IMG/VR virus record: IMGVR_UViG_3300044712_000123
Length of the DNA: 64,000 nt
Origin: a virus
Lineage: Duplodnaviria > Heunggongvirae > Uroviricota > Caudoviricetes
Strand: one strand, 5' to 3'
Shown here: piece by piece, positions 8,703 to 16,577 of the stretch
Numbering within the stretch: the first letter of the stretch is position 1
Layout of the letters: each line of letters opens with the position of its first letter
Made by a program: the position numbers and the translations under genes
Notes under the pieces: generated by a model
The model's database searches: none
Seen by the model: the letters and a program-made list of their open reading frames with translations, nothing else
Told to the model about the DNA's origin: nothing

Positions 8703-8851
8703 GCCTTATTGTAAACCCGACGATGTGAACGATATGCTTCCTTCGTTTCGCTAACAGACCAGCGGAACGCTTGCTTCATCAATTTGTAAGTATTCTTGGT
8801 CAATACCAGGATGAAAAACACGGGTAACAGTGTCAGTTGAATGTAGTACAT
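8699..8851 (-). CDS. small hydrophobic protein (50 aa, one predicted transmembrane helix)
   Basis: MYYIQLTLLPVFFILVLTKN...; an AAAGGAAC ribosome-binding site; lies between two promoter cassettes. Read by eye. Confidence 0.3.
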   Translation of the reverse strand: MYYIQLTLLPVFFILVLTKNTYKLMKQAFRWSVSETKEAYRSHRRVYNKA

Positions 8852-8881
8852 ATCAGTTCCTTTGTTTCAATCTATGCATAG

Positions 8882-8910
8882 ATTATATGCCCAAACTGAT
8901 TTATTGTCAA
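8882..8910 (-). promoter_or_regulatory. consensus sigma70 promoter, cassette copy 2
   Basis: Reverse complement reads TTGACAataaatcagtttgggcaTATAAT. Confidence 0.7.
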
Positions 8911-9027
8911 CCTTTGGCAAAAACGCTAGAACTGTATCAAGATGCATCCCTGCAAAAAGAATTGGTCCTAGCGTTCCTGTGTCATTAAAATGAATACTTT
9001 TTACTACAAAAAAGTAGTACTAACGTA

Positions 9028-9204
9028 TTAACTATTGACCGTATTAAACGGGTTCAATTCATCAAACTGCGAGTCTTGGATTTCTTCCAACACATCGTAC
9101 ACGAAACTGACAGGGCAGTCCAAGACCGCGCTGATAGTAGAAGGGTGATCGCCCTTCTCCAACATCATTTCGATTTCCAAAGAGAGTTCAGACATTTGGC
9201 TCAT
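9028..9204 (-). CDS. small acidic hypothetical protein (58 aa)
   Basis: ORF read by eye; its start overlaps the stop of 9201..9419. Confidence 0.25.
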   Translation of the reverse strand: MSQMSELSLEIEMMLEKGDHPSTISAVLDCPVSFVYDVLEEIQDSQFDELNPFNTVNS

Positions 9205-9419
9205 TTTGTGGCTTTCGAGATAGTGCTACGAAACAGGATACCAAACAAGAAATTGATACCCCATGCTTGCAACCAAGTGACTTCTTTGACACCTTGAATA
9301 GCATCAACCAAGCATCCATTCCACAGCATATAGACAGGCCAACTCAGTAAGAAACTGATTAGCAGTAGACCTGCAAGACCAATGACAATTGCACCAACAG
9401 CAACAACGAGTTTTTCCAT
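9201..9419 (-). CDS. small membrane protein
   Basis: Two hydrophobic helices (VVAVGAIVIGLAGLLLISFLL and INFLFGILF) and an AAAGGAAAAA ribosome-binding site. Confidence 0.4.
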   Translation of the reverse strand: MEKLVVAVGAIVIGLAGLLLISFLLSWPVYMLWNGCLVDAIQGVKEVTWLQAWGINFLFGILFRSTISKATK

Positions 9420-9440
9420 GATTTTTCCTTTGATTAAAAA

Positions 9441-9725
9441 TTAAGCAGCCGACAACATATTAGCAGGAACACGCCAAGTACCGAACGCCTTGCCGTTCTC
9501 ACGAACAATTATGAACTTTCGATTTACCTTTTCAACAGTACCGAGAACAGTCTGACCATTACGGTTAGATGTAAACTTTACCGCTGAACCTGCTCGGAAT
9601 GTAAACTTGGCTTTAGTAGCAAGCTGATTCCGAGCAAACTTAATTGCCATTTGAATACTATCCAACTGTTCATTAGTAAATACACCACTGACGATAGTAG
9701 TATTAATTTGCTGAATCGTTGACAT
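9441..9725 (-). CDS. hypothetical protein
   Basis: ORF with a CAGGAGAAAAC ribosome-binding site; a promoter lies 35 nt upstream. Confidence 0.45.
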   Translation of the reverse strand: MSTIQQINTTIVSGVFTNEQLDSIQMAIKFARNQLATKAKFTFRAGSAVKFTSNRNGQTVLGTVEKVNRKFIIVRENGKAFGTWRVPANMLSAA

Positions 9726-9757
9726 GTTTTCTCCTGTGTTTCAGTGTCAATACAAGT

Positions 9758-9786
9758 ATTGTATCACCGAAACCATTTATTGTCAA
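9758..9786 (-). promoter_or_regulatory. sigma70 promoter (TTGACA, 17-nt spacer, TACAAT)
   Basis: Reverse complement reads TTGACAataaatggtttcggtgaTACAAT. It shares the 'ATAAAT' spacer start with the cassette. Confidence 0.65.
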
Positions 9787-9787
9787 A

Positions 9788-10378
9788 TTACGGACGCTTT
9801 GTTACGATCTGGTCGATCAATCCGTATTCCAGTGCTTGTTGTGCTGACATGAATGTGTCACGATCCATATCCTTCTCAAACTCTGCGTAGGTCTTGCCCT
9901 TTGAGTTGTGCTCGACATAGATTTCGGTTAGTCGCTTTTTCAAGAATGTGATTTCTTTGTAACTGATTTCGATATCAGATTGCATACCACGTGCGCCACC
10001 TGAGGGCTGGTGAATCATGTGTCGTGCATTGGGCAACATGAAACGCTTACCAGGAGCACCAGCTTGCGCTAGCAGAGAACCCATTGAACATGCTTGACCC
10101 ATAACGATGGTATGCACATTTGGTTTGATGAATTGCATGGTATCATAGATCGCCATACCAGCAGTAACACTACCACCTGGCGAGTTGATATACATTGAAA
10201 TGTCTTTTTCGGGATCCTCAGATTCGAGGAATAGTAGTTGGGCAACAATCAAGTTTGCCATTTGGTCATGAACTTCACCTTCTAGCAGAATGACACGATC
10301 ACGTAGCAAACGTGAATAGATATCATAGCTACGCTCACCTTTAGCGGTGTGTTCAATGACGATTGGGACTAGAGACAT
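9788..10378 (-). CDS. clpP: ATP-dependent Clp protease proteolytic subunit
   Basis: Full-length ClpP with Ser-His-Asp triad context ([16 protein letters not shown]) and an AAGGAAG ribosome-binding site. Confidence 0.95.
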   Translation of the reverse strand: MSLVPIVIEHTAKGERSYDIYSRLLRDRVILLEGEVHDQMANLIVAQLLFLESEDPEKDISMYINSPGGSVTAGMAIYDTMQFIKPNVHTIVMGQACSMGSLLAQAGAPGKRFMLPNARHMIHQPSGGARGMQSDIEISYKEITFLKKRLTEIYVEHNSKGKTYAEFEKDMDRDTFMSAQQALEYGLIDQIVTKRP

Positions 10379-10404
10379 AAACTTCCTTAAATAGTTGAAC
10401 TGCT

Positions 10405-10433
10405 AGTATAGCAAAAACTATCTAGCAAGTCAA
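10405..10433 (-). promoter_or_regulatory. sigma70 promoter (TTGACT, 17-nt spacer, TATACT) for clpP
   Basis: Reverse complement reads TTGACTtgctagatagtttttgcTATACT. Confidence 0.6.
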
Positions 10434-10447
10434 CTACTTTCGGTCAT

Positions 10448-12019
10448 TTATTTACGTTTGGCTCGAACGCCCGTTTCTTTAGCTTTACGGGTACTGCTTG
10501 GGTTGATGATATCCTTAGCTGCACCAGCTAGACTACGTGTGCCCATACTGTCAGCACCGTCAAGTGCATCCTGAGCTTCACCGTCATCACCATACATGTC
10601 AATATTATCATCATGTTGGGCAGTGTCTGCTAGTTTGAAACTGAAACCACCTTTTGTTGGGTCAGTAGAACCTGACTTAGATTCCAATGTAACCTTACCG
10701 TCCAACTTAGCTGGCCATTGTGTAGTGAACACGATCTTGCCTGCTTTGTATGTTGCATATTGTTGCATGAAGTTCATGTCCAAGATTTCCAACACGCCAC
10801 CTTGATAGTTAGGGATAGCATCACTGTCGTTAACCATATCAACTACAGCCTTCTTGACAAGATACATCAACTTACCACCGTCACTTGATTCACCTTTGAA
10901 TCCCATGTCAGCCCAAAGTGATGCATACTTTCCTGGTAACTTAGATTCTTCTTTGCGGTTAGCTTTGTACATCATTAAACTTTGATCTGCCATCTTCATT
11001 ACTTTATCAGTCCAAGGCAAGAATTGATTGAACTTCTTAGGGATAGCCTTAGGGTTGTATTTGTGAATGATGTTCATACCTCTGAACGGTTGTTCTTTAG
11101 TAGGAGTAGTCTTAGTCATCTCAATAAATTCAACTAAGGCAGCATATTTCTTGTTCTTTCTGATATGATCTGGAATCTTCAAACCAGTCATACTAGGAGG
11201 CGCACCGCCACCTGTTCCCTTACTAGAGATTTTAACAGTGTGTGATGTTGCAGCATTCTTAACTTCGGCGTAGCTATCAGCTAGCTTCTCATTTTGCTTG
11301 CTCGGGAATCGTAGTACTAGATCACCCAATGAACCACCTAGCCATTCTTCGAATTGCTTTCTCTTGGGGAAGCTAGACTGACCATACAACAATGCAAGAA
11401 CACCCAGGTATTCGCCTGCATTATCAACTAGTGCAGTACGCACGGTTTCGTGGCTTTTGTCTCTATAGTCTTCAGGAAGAATAGCACCTTCACCTGCCAT
11501 AATCTGATAAGCAAGTTGAATAGTAACTTTACCATAATCAGTGCTTTCTAGGACTTGGTTGTGTGTAATCATGTCACCGAAGTCTTCTGCATTAATATCT
11601 TGGTCAGTGATCTTAATCTGAGCAGGATTTAATTTGAAAGCAGCTTTACCTTTAGGTTCTTGTTCGCCCTTTTCACTTGGTTCGCCTGTTGCACTACCGG
11701 CAAGTTGTCCACCAAATTCGCTAGTTTTCAACAGACTACCTAACGGGATTACATCACCATCAGTTGTCTTTAACTCGATAGAACCCTTGAACTGAGTGCC
11801 ACCTGGGCTGTTATGTAGTGCTTGAATTCTTTTAGCTTCTCTAGGATCGATGAAGACTTGAACTCCATCCTTGCTTAGAAAAGGCTTGCTTGTAGCAATG
11901 TGTTGGATGAAACTTTCAAAACGACCTGGTCGTTTTAATAGTACACCGGGGCTTAGGGTCTTAGCAGAAGATTCCGAATCTTCGGCAAGAACAGATAATA
12001 GGTCTAATAAATCACGCAT
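10448..12019 (-). CDS. hypothetical 523-aa protein with N-terminal MRDLLDLLSVLAED; candidate propeptide-tagged virion or injected protein
   Basis: No recognisable catalytic motif. Its N-terminus resembles that of the SOD-like gene at 40007 (MRDLIQLLED). Confidence 0.45.
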   Translation of the reverse strand: MRDLLDLLSVLAEDSESSAKTLSPGVLLKRPGRFESFIQHIATSKPFLSKDGVQVFIDPREAKRIQALHNSPGGTQFKGSIELKTTDGDVIPLGSLLKTSEFGGQLAGSATGEPSEKGEQEPKGKAAFKLNPAQIKITDQDINAEDFGDMITHNQVLESTDYGKVTIQLAYQIMAGEGAILPEDYRDKSHETVRTALVDNAGEYLGVLALLYGQSSFPKRKQFEEWLGGSLGDLVLRFPSKQNEKLADSYAEVKNAATSHTVKISSKGTGGGAPPSMTGLKIPDHIRKNKKYAALVEFIEMTKTTPTKEQPFRGMNIIHKYNPKAIPKKFNQFLPWTDKVMKMADQSLMMYKANRKEESKLPGKYASLWADMGFKGESSDGGKLMYLVKKAVVDMVNDSDAIPNYQGGVLEILDMNFMQQYATYKAGKIVFTTQWPAKLDGKVTLESKSGSTDPTKGGFSFKLADTAQHDDNIDMYGDDGEAQDALDGADSMGTRSLAGAAKDIINPSSTRKAKETGVRAKRK

Positions 12020-12038
12020 AGTCTAGTATTTATGCTTT

Positions 12039-12530
12039 TCAGCATTTAAAGATATTTTGATATCTGAGCCAATGCTTTTGTCTATGTGATGTTTTAAGTG
12101 GGATCCCGTATTCTGCTAGTCTATCTCTGAACAAAAAGAAGCTAGGACCATGACTCATTAGTCTATCCTTTCCATCTTGGATTCGTTGTTCACCGATGAT
12201 ATCCCATTGATACTGATGACACATTTCGTGAGCTAATGTAGTGATAAGCCATTGCTTGCAGTACCACTTGTCCATGAGTCGTATTTTACACAGTGACCTA
12301 CGGTAGTGAATCTTTTCGTGCGCACCGTAACAGATTCCCCAGTATTCTCTGCATCTAGGAACTACTTCGAGTATTGGCATAGTCATTACATTGTCAAATA
12401 CATAGTAATTGATTTGTCGATAAAGATTTGAGACCTCATAGTAGTCAGTCCTGTACATCAGTCTTTTTTGATAACTGATGCTAGGCAATGGTGTATCCAT
12501 CATTTCTTCAAGAGAATAGTACTTGGCCAT
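12039..12530 (-). CDS. SprT-like zinc metallopeptidase
   Basis: HEMCH (HExxH) motif in a SprT-like context (TLAHEMCHQYQWD) and several Cys. Confidence 0.5.
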   Translation of the reverse strand: MAKYYSLEEMMDTPLPSISYQKRLMYRTDYYEVSNLYRQINYYVFDNVMTMPILEVVPRCREYWGICYGAHEKIHYRRSLCKIRLMDKWYCKQWLITTLAHEMCHQYQWDIIGEQRIQDGKDRLMSHGPSFFLFRDRLAEYGIPLKTSHRQKHWLRYQNIFKC

Positions 12531-12630
12531 GATAATGATATTTACAAGTTTAGGCTGTGCGTAAGTATGTGTACATTAGAAAAATATCATTGGTTTGTGC
12601 CCACTCTAAATATATGTTTAGGAGACAGAA

Positions 12631-12954
12631 ATGTTTAATTTTATCAAGAGACTATTTGGATTTGGCGAGACACAACAAGCTGAGCCAGTAGCACCCTACA
12701 AAGTAGAGGTTGCCCCTGTTCTAGCACCCGTAGTCGAAGCAAAGCCAGAAGTCAAACCTGCGCCGGAAGTAAAGCCAGAGCCAGTAGTTGCAGCTACACC
12801 AGCGGCAGCTATGACAGCTAAGCCTAAGGCTGCAAAAGCTAAAGCACCTGCAAAAGCAAAGGCTCCGGCAAAAGCTAAAGCACCTGCAAAGGCCCCAGCT
12901 AAGCCCAAGACTGAAAAGCCAGCAACTAAGAAAAATCTTAGAGTCGTAAAATAA
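12631..12954 (+). CDS. Ala/Lys/Pro-rich histone-H1-like basic repeat protein
   Basis: (KAKAPA)n and PEVKP repeats; an AGGAGACAGAA ribosome-binding site. The opposite-strand ORFs 12696..12908 and 12721..13068 are repeat artefacts. Confidence 0.55.
   Translation: MFNFIKRLFGFGETQQAEPVAPYKVEVAPVLAPVVEAKPEVKPAPEVKPEPVVAATPAAAMTAKPKAAKAKAPAKAKAPAKAKAPAKAPAKPKTEKPATKKNLRVVK
12838..12909 (+). repeat. tandem 18-nt coding repeat, about four units
   Basis: gctaaagcacctgcaaaa / gcaaaggctccggcaaaa / gctaaagcacctgcaaag / gccccagctaagcccaag. Confidence 0.6.
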
Positions 12955-12955
12955 G

Positions 12956-13648
12956 ATGCATATAGGTTTTGATGTAATCAGTGATCTTAATCTGTCTCCT
13001 GAAGACAGCTTCAATTGGGAAGGTAAGGCCACTAGCTTGTATTGTGTCATCGCTGGTAATATCAGCAATGACTTGCGAACTGTTAGACAAACGTTATTAC
13101 ACTTGTCTAAGTTATATCAAGGCATCTTTTATATCATCGGAACGTTAGAGTATGAAACAGCTACTGACATACAACAGCGCTCCGATGAAATTTTCAAACT
13201 ATGCGCTACTATCAAAAACGTAGCAGTACTACATCATCATGTAGTCATTATTGATGGCATTGCAGTCGTTGGTGCAAACGGTTGGTATGATGCAAAGCAT
13301 CAACATGCATCTGATTTAGAACTTGAAGGTCACAGACATGAAGACCTCTCATATTTAAAAAGCACACTTGAACGTCTTCAAAGACACTTGGACGTTAAGA
13401 AGATTTTCGTTGTTTCTCATTCTGTTCCAGGACCCGGTTTATACTTCGGTGAAGCTCCTAGTACAACAGAAACACATCTTTCACTAGACCTACTGCTAGG
13501 AGTCGATACTGAAAAGAAGATCACTCACTGGGCGTACGGCACATATGGAAAAGTAGTTGACACCACTATAAATGGCATCAACTACGTTAATAACTCATAC
13601 TACAAACGTAAGCCTTATTGGGCTAAACGTGTAGAAATCTCGATTTAA
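12956..13648 (+). CDS. hypothetical protein, possibly a calcineurin-like phosphoesterase
   Basis: ORF only; weak D/H/GN motifs. It is convergent with clpS and their stops overlap. Confidence 0.35.
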   Translation: MHIGFDVISDLNLSPEDSFNWEGKATSLYCVIAGNISNDLRTVRQTLLHLSKLYQGIFYIIGTLEYETATDIQQRSDEIFKLCATIKNVAVLHHHVVIIDGIAVVGANGWYDAKHQHASDLELEGHRHEDLSYLKSTLERLQRHLDVKKIFVVSHSVPGPGLYFGEAPSTTETHLSLDLLLGVDTEKKITHWAYGTYGKVVDTTINGINYVNNSYYKRKPYWAKRVEISI

Positions 13649-13950
13649 GCCTCTGCTTCTACTCGCACAAGCAATGGGAAGCCCTGATTACGCGCTTCCA
13701 AAGTGACCTCAGTCCCTTTTTGTTCTGCGATCTCGTAGGGCAATACTGCAACTACAGCAGAACCTTCATTATGGATGCTCTCTGTGATATTCATCGCAGT
13801 GTCAGTGTTGTAATTGAAATAGTCGATCAGGCTTCCTACAACAAACTCCATGCTAGTTACATCATCGTTCATGTAAATAATTTTGTACATAGGAGGCTCT
13901 TTAAGAGCAAGATTTGGTTTGATTTTAATTTTTGTTTCAGTTTTAGACAT
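13645..13950 (-). CDS. clpS: ATP-dependent Clp protease adaptor ClpS
   Basis: KEPPMYKIIYMNDDVTSMEFVV...PLL aligns with E. coli ClpS ([22 protein letters not shown]...PLL) across the core domain. Confidence 0.85.
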   Translation of the reverse strand: MSKTETKIKIKPNLALKEPPMYKIIYMNDDVTSMEFVVGSLIDYFNYNTDTAMNITESIHNEGSAVVAVLPYEIAEQKGTEVTLEARNQGFPLLVRVEAEA

Positions 13951-14014
13951 GCGTGATACCTAATTTAGGGTTATGAAAGTGAGTAGCCTTTCGACTACTC
14001 ACACTGCTATTATA

Positions 14015-14458
14015 TTATTTAGTGTAACTGATAGCAATAGTTTTCGGCTTCTTTTCTTCTGGAACTCTACGTTCCAAATACACAGTTAGAATACCGTCAC
14101 GCTGACTAGCGTTTACAACTTCGACATGTTCGGCAAGTGTGAACTCACGGTCAAAGTCTCGGCTGCTAATACCGCGATGTAGGTACTCATTAGATGCATC
14201 CTCGTCCCGAACAATACGACCCTTGATACTTAATAGACGGTTGTCTAAGTTGATCTCCACTTCACCTTCACGGAAGCCAGCAGTAGCAACTTCAATATAG
14301 AAAGTGTCTTCTGTCTGTTTTACGATATTGTAAGGGGGATAGTTTAGGGATTGTTGAGCATTCATTCGTGCAAGTTCGTCAAACATGTTATCGAAACCGA
14401 TACCAAATTTGTGAATTGACGGAATGTCGAGGGAACGAAGGGTTAAAGTTTTTGTCAT
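14015..14458 (-). CDS. ibpA: small heat-shock protein, alpha-crystallin/Hsp20 family
   Basis: YPPYNI, AGF.E.E..I and LERR.PEEKKP match IbpA/IbpB; an AGGAG ribosome-binding site. Confidence 0.9.
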   Translation of the reverse strand: MTKTLTLRSLDIPSIHKFGIGFDNMFDELARMNAQQSLNYPPYNIVKQTEDTFYIEVATAGFREGEVEINLDNRLLSIKGRIVRDEDASNEYLHRGISSRDFDREFTLAEHVEVVNASQRDGILTVYLERRVPEEKKPKTIAISYTK

Positions 14459-14488
14459 GTTTTTCTCCTATAAGCAAGTAATGACTAT

Positions 14489-14512
14489 GTGAGCCCGACA
14501 GTCGGCACTCAC
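14489..14512 (-). promoter_or_regulatory. imperfect inverted repeat in the ibpA 5' UTR
   Basis: gtgagcccgacagtcggcactcac: GUGAG/CUCAC outer stem with CCGAC/GUCGG inner stem. It lies between the TGATAAATA motif and the ribosome-binding site. Confidence 0.35.
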
Positions 14513-14517
14513 AATGA

Positions 14518-14526
14518 TATTTATCA
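14518..14526 (-). promoter_or_regulatory. TGATAAATA motif, candidate promoter element for ibpA
   Basis: Exact 9-mer, 59 nt upstream of the ibpA ATG. Confidence 0.3.
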
Positions 14527-14567
14527 TATCAAATTACGTAAAATATTTAAATATTTTTCGGTTAAAC

Positions 14568-14576
14568 TGATAAATA
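14568..14576 (+). promoter_or_regulatory. TGATAAATA motif, candidate promoter element for the homing endonuclease
   Basis: Exact 9-mer, 62 nt upstream of the ATG at 14639; divergent from the ibpA copy. Confidence 0.3.
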
Positions 14577-14638
14577 AAAGTGTAGTTCGCGGACTTCGTA
14601 CATCCCAACTACTCTAATGCTTACAAGGAGCAATCAGC

Positions 14639-15130
14639 ATGACTATTTATCTATACGTAAAGACCCACAACAAAACAGGGTTAAAATATCTAGGAAAAAC
14701 TACGGCAAAGGATCCTCATAAGTACAAGGGCTCAGGTACATATTGGATATCACATATCAAAAAGCATGGATATGATGTTAAAACTGAAATTATACAAGAA
14801 TGCCTAAATGTCAATGAAGTTGCTGAGTGGGGGATACATTACAGCAACCTATGGAATATAGTAGATTCATCTGAATGGGCTAATTTAAAACCTGAGTCAG
14901 GCGATGGAGGAAGCCCACCTAGAGATGTTGAAACTAAAATGAAAATTTCTGCTGTGATGAAGGGTAGACCTGCCCACAATAAGGGAAAGAAACAAGTTCA
15001 CAAAAAACACAAAGCTAGAAGTGATCTAAAGGGCAAAGTCAGACCTAAAATAGAATGCCCGCATTGCGGACGACACATAGATGAGGCAAATTATCACCGA
15101 TACCATGGTGATAGATGCAAATCAAAATAG
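14639..15130 (+). CDS. GIY-YIG homing endonuclease (Seg-like) with a C-terminal zinc finger
   Basis: IYLYVKTHNKTGLKYLGKT...YKGSG matches the GIY-YIG motif; C-terminal CPHCGRH...H. It is a lone + strand gene between - strand genes. Confidence 0.6.
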   Translation: MTIYLYVKTHNKTGLKYLGKTTAKDPHKYKGSGTYWISHIKKHGYDVKTEIIQECLNVNEVAEWGIHYSNLWNIVDSSEWANLKPESGDGGSPPRDVETKMKISAVMKGRPAHNKGKKQVHKKHKARSDLKGKVRPKIECPHCGRHIDEANYHRYHGDRCKSK

Positions 15131-15340
15131 CTTCTTAGGAAGACTTTGTTCACGCAAGAATTTCTTCCATCTAGACTTAGCTTTGGATTTCTTTAACTTG
15201 CGTTCAGTGGTAGGCTTAACAAACTGTTGTCTGTCTCTCACTTCTTGGAGAAGATCCATATCGGTTATCTTCTTCTTGAATTTACGTAGGGCTTTCTCTA
15301 CGTTACCATCTGTTACAATTACTCGTCTTCCTTTTTTCAT
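15122..15340 (-). CDS. rpsU: 30S ribosomal protein S21
   Basis: ALRKFKKK...L.EVR.R..F.KPTTERK matches bacterial bS21 (ALRRFKR...LAEVRRREFYEKPTTERK). Its start overlaps the clpX stop as ATGA. Confidence 0.8.
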   Translation of the reverse strand: MKKGRRVIVTDGNVEKALRKFKKKITDMDLLQEVRDRQQFVKPTTERKLKKSKAKSRWKKFLREQSLPKKLF

Positions 15341-16542
15341 ATAAGTTCAATGGGTGTTAAAACTTGCTCCCGACTAATATTTATCTTGGTTACGTTATTT
15401 TCACGATATTTCTTAGTGTTGAACATGTGTGGCATCAATACACGCTCGATTTCAGTGTGTAATCCACGTGCACCGGTCTTCAATTTGATAGTGTTTTCAG
15501 CAAGTTGTTCTAGTGCTTCTTGGTCAAACGTAAGTTCAATCCCGTCTAGACTTAGCAAATACTTATATTGGTCAATATAGTTGTTCTTGACACCGGTCAA
15601 AACTTTAACCAGTTGTTCTTTGGTCAAATTATCAATAGAAACTGAGGTAGTGAATCGGCCAATGAATTCAGGAATCATACCAAATTTAGTCAAGTCATCC
15701 GGTGTGACCAGAGTCAAGTCTCCTTCTCTGTTCTTATCTTTGACTTTGGCACTAAAACCAATACTAGAACCATCTGTACGTTTAGCAATAACGTCTTTCA
15801 ATCCGACGAATGCGCCACCTGCAATGAACAAGATATTCTTGGTGTTAATTTCAATCATGTCTCCTGCAGGATTCTTGCGACCACCTTGGGCAGGGACTCG
15901 ACAGACAGTACCTTCAACCAACTTCAATAACGCTTGTTGAACACCTTCACCTGATACGTCACGTGTGATACTTGTCGATTCTCCTTTACGTGCAATTTTG
16001 TCGATTTCATCAACAAACACAATACCACGTTCTGCAAGTTTGCTATCGCCACCAGCAGCATTCAACAGCATACTAATCATTGATTCAACGTCATCACCCA
16101 CATAACCAGCTTCGGTCAAGCTAGTGGCATCCGTGACTACGAACGGAACATTCAAATACTTTGCTACACTTTTAGCAAGCAATGTCTTACCTGAACCAGT
16201 TGGTCCTATGATTAGCACGTTACCTTTAGAGATTTCTAGGTCTTTGGGAGGATTGTTGATTCGCTTGTAGTGATTAGCAATAGCTACGCTCAATACTTTC
16301 TTTGCGCTATCTTGCCCAATAACATGTAAATCCAGATATTCTTTGATAGATGATGGGTCAAAACGTTCATCATTCTTTTGAACCACTTCCTCTACGGAAG
16401 TTTCGTCAGTGAGCAACTGACCGCATAGTTCGATACAATCGCTACAAATAGCAACATCTTCACCTACGATTAATTTTTTTACCAGATCCTTGTGGTTACC
16501 GCAAAATGAGCAGTGAGTTAGTGTTTTTGATTCAGTGGTCAT
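15337..16542 (-). CDS. clpX: ATP-dependent Clp protease ATP-binding subunit ClpX
   Basis: N-terminal zinc-binding CSFCG...CSDCIELC, Walker A GPTGSGKT, sensor motifs and a 401-aa length. Confidence 0.95.
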   Translation of the reverse strand: MTTESKTLTHCSFCGNHKDLVKKLIVGEDVAICSDCIELCGQLLTDETSVEEVVQKNDERFDPSSIKEYLDLHVIGQDSAKKVLSVAIANHYKRINNPPKDLEISKGNVLIIGPTGSGKTLLAKSVAKYLNVPFVVTDATSLTEAGYVGDDVESMISMLLNAAGGDSKLAERGIVFVDEIDKIARKGESTSITRDVSGEGVQQALLKLVEGTVCRVPAQGGRKNPAGDMIEINTKNILFIAGGAFVGLKDVIAKRTDGSSIGFSAKVKDKNREGDLTLVTPDDLTKFGMIPEFIGRFTTSVSIDNLTKEQLVKVLTGVKNNYIDQYKYLLSLDGIELTFDQEALEQLAENTIKLKTGARGLHTEIERVLMPHMFNTKKYRENNVTKINISREQVLTPIELI

Positions 16543-16577
16543 ATTATACTTATCTTTGTAGCGTTTTTGATTTTATT

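Noticed and set aside
12696-13068. Antisense ORFs 12696..12908 and 12721..13068 opposite the AKP-repeat gene; likewise 27446..27730, 30318..30581, 30910..31278 and 4606..4866.
   Set aside because: These are low-complexity mirror ORFs produced by Ala/Lys/Ser/Gly codon repeats on the opposite strand, with no ribosome-binding sites and overlapping better-supported genes.
16543-16548. TATAAT hexamer immediately 5' of the clpX ATG, considered as a -10 element.
   Set aside because: A transcript initiating downstream of it would lack the clpX start codon; it is probably just AT-rich leader sequence.
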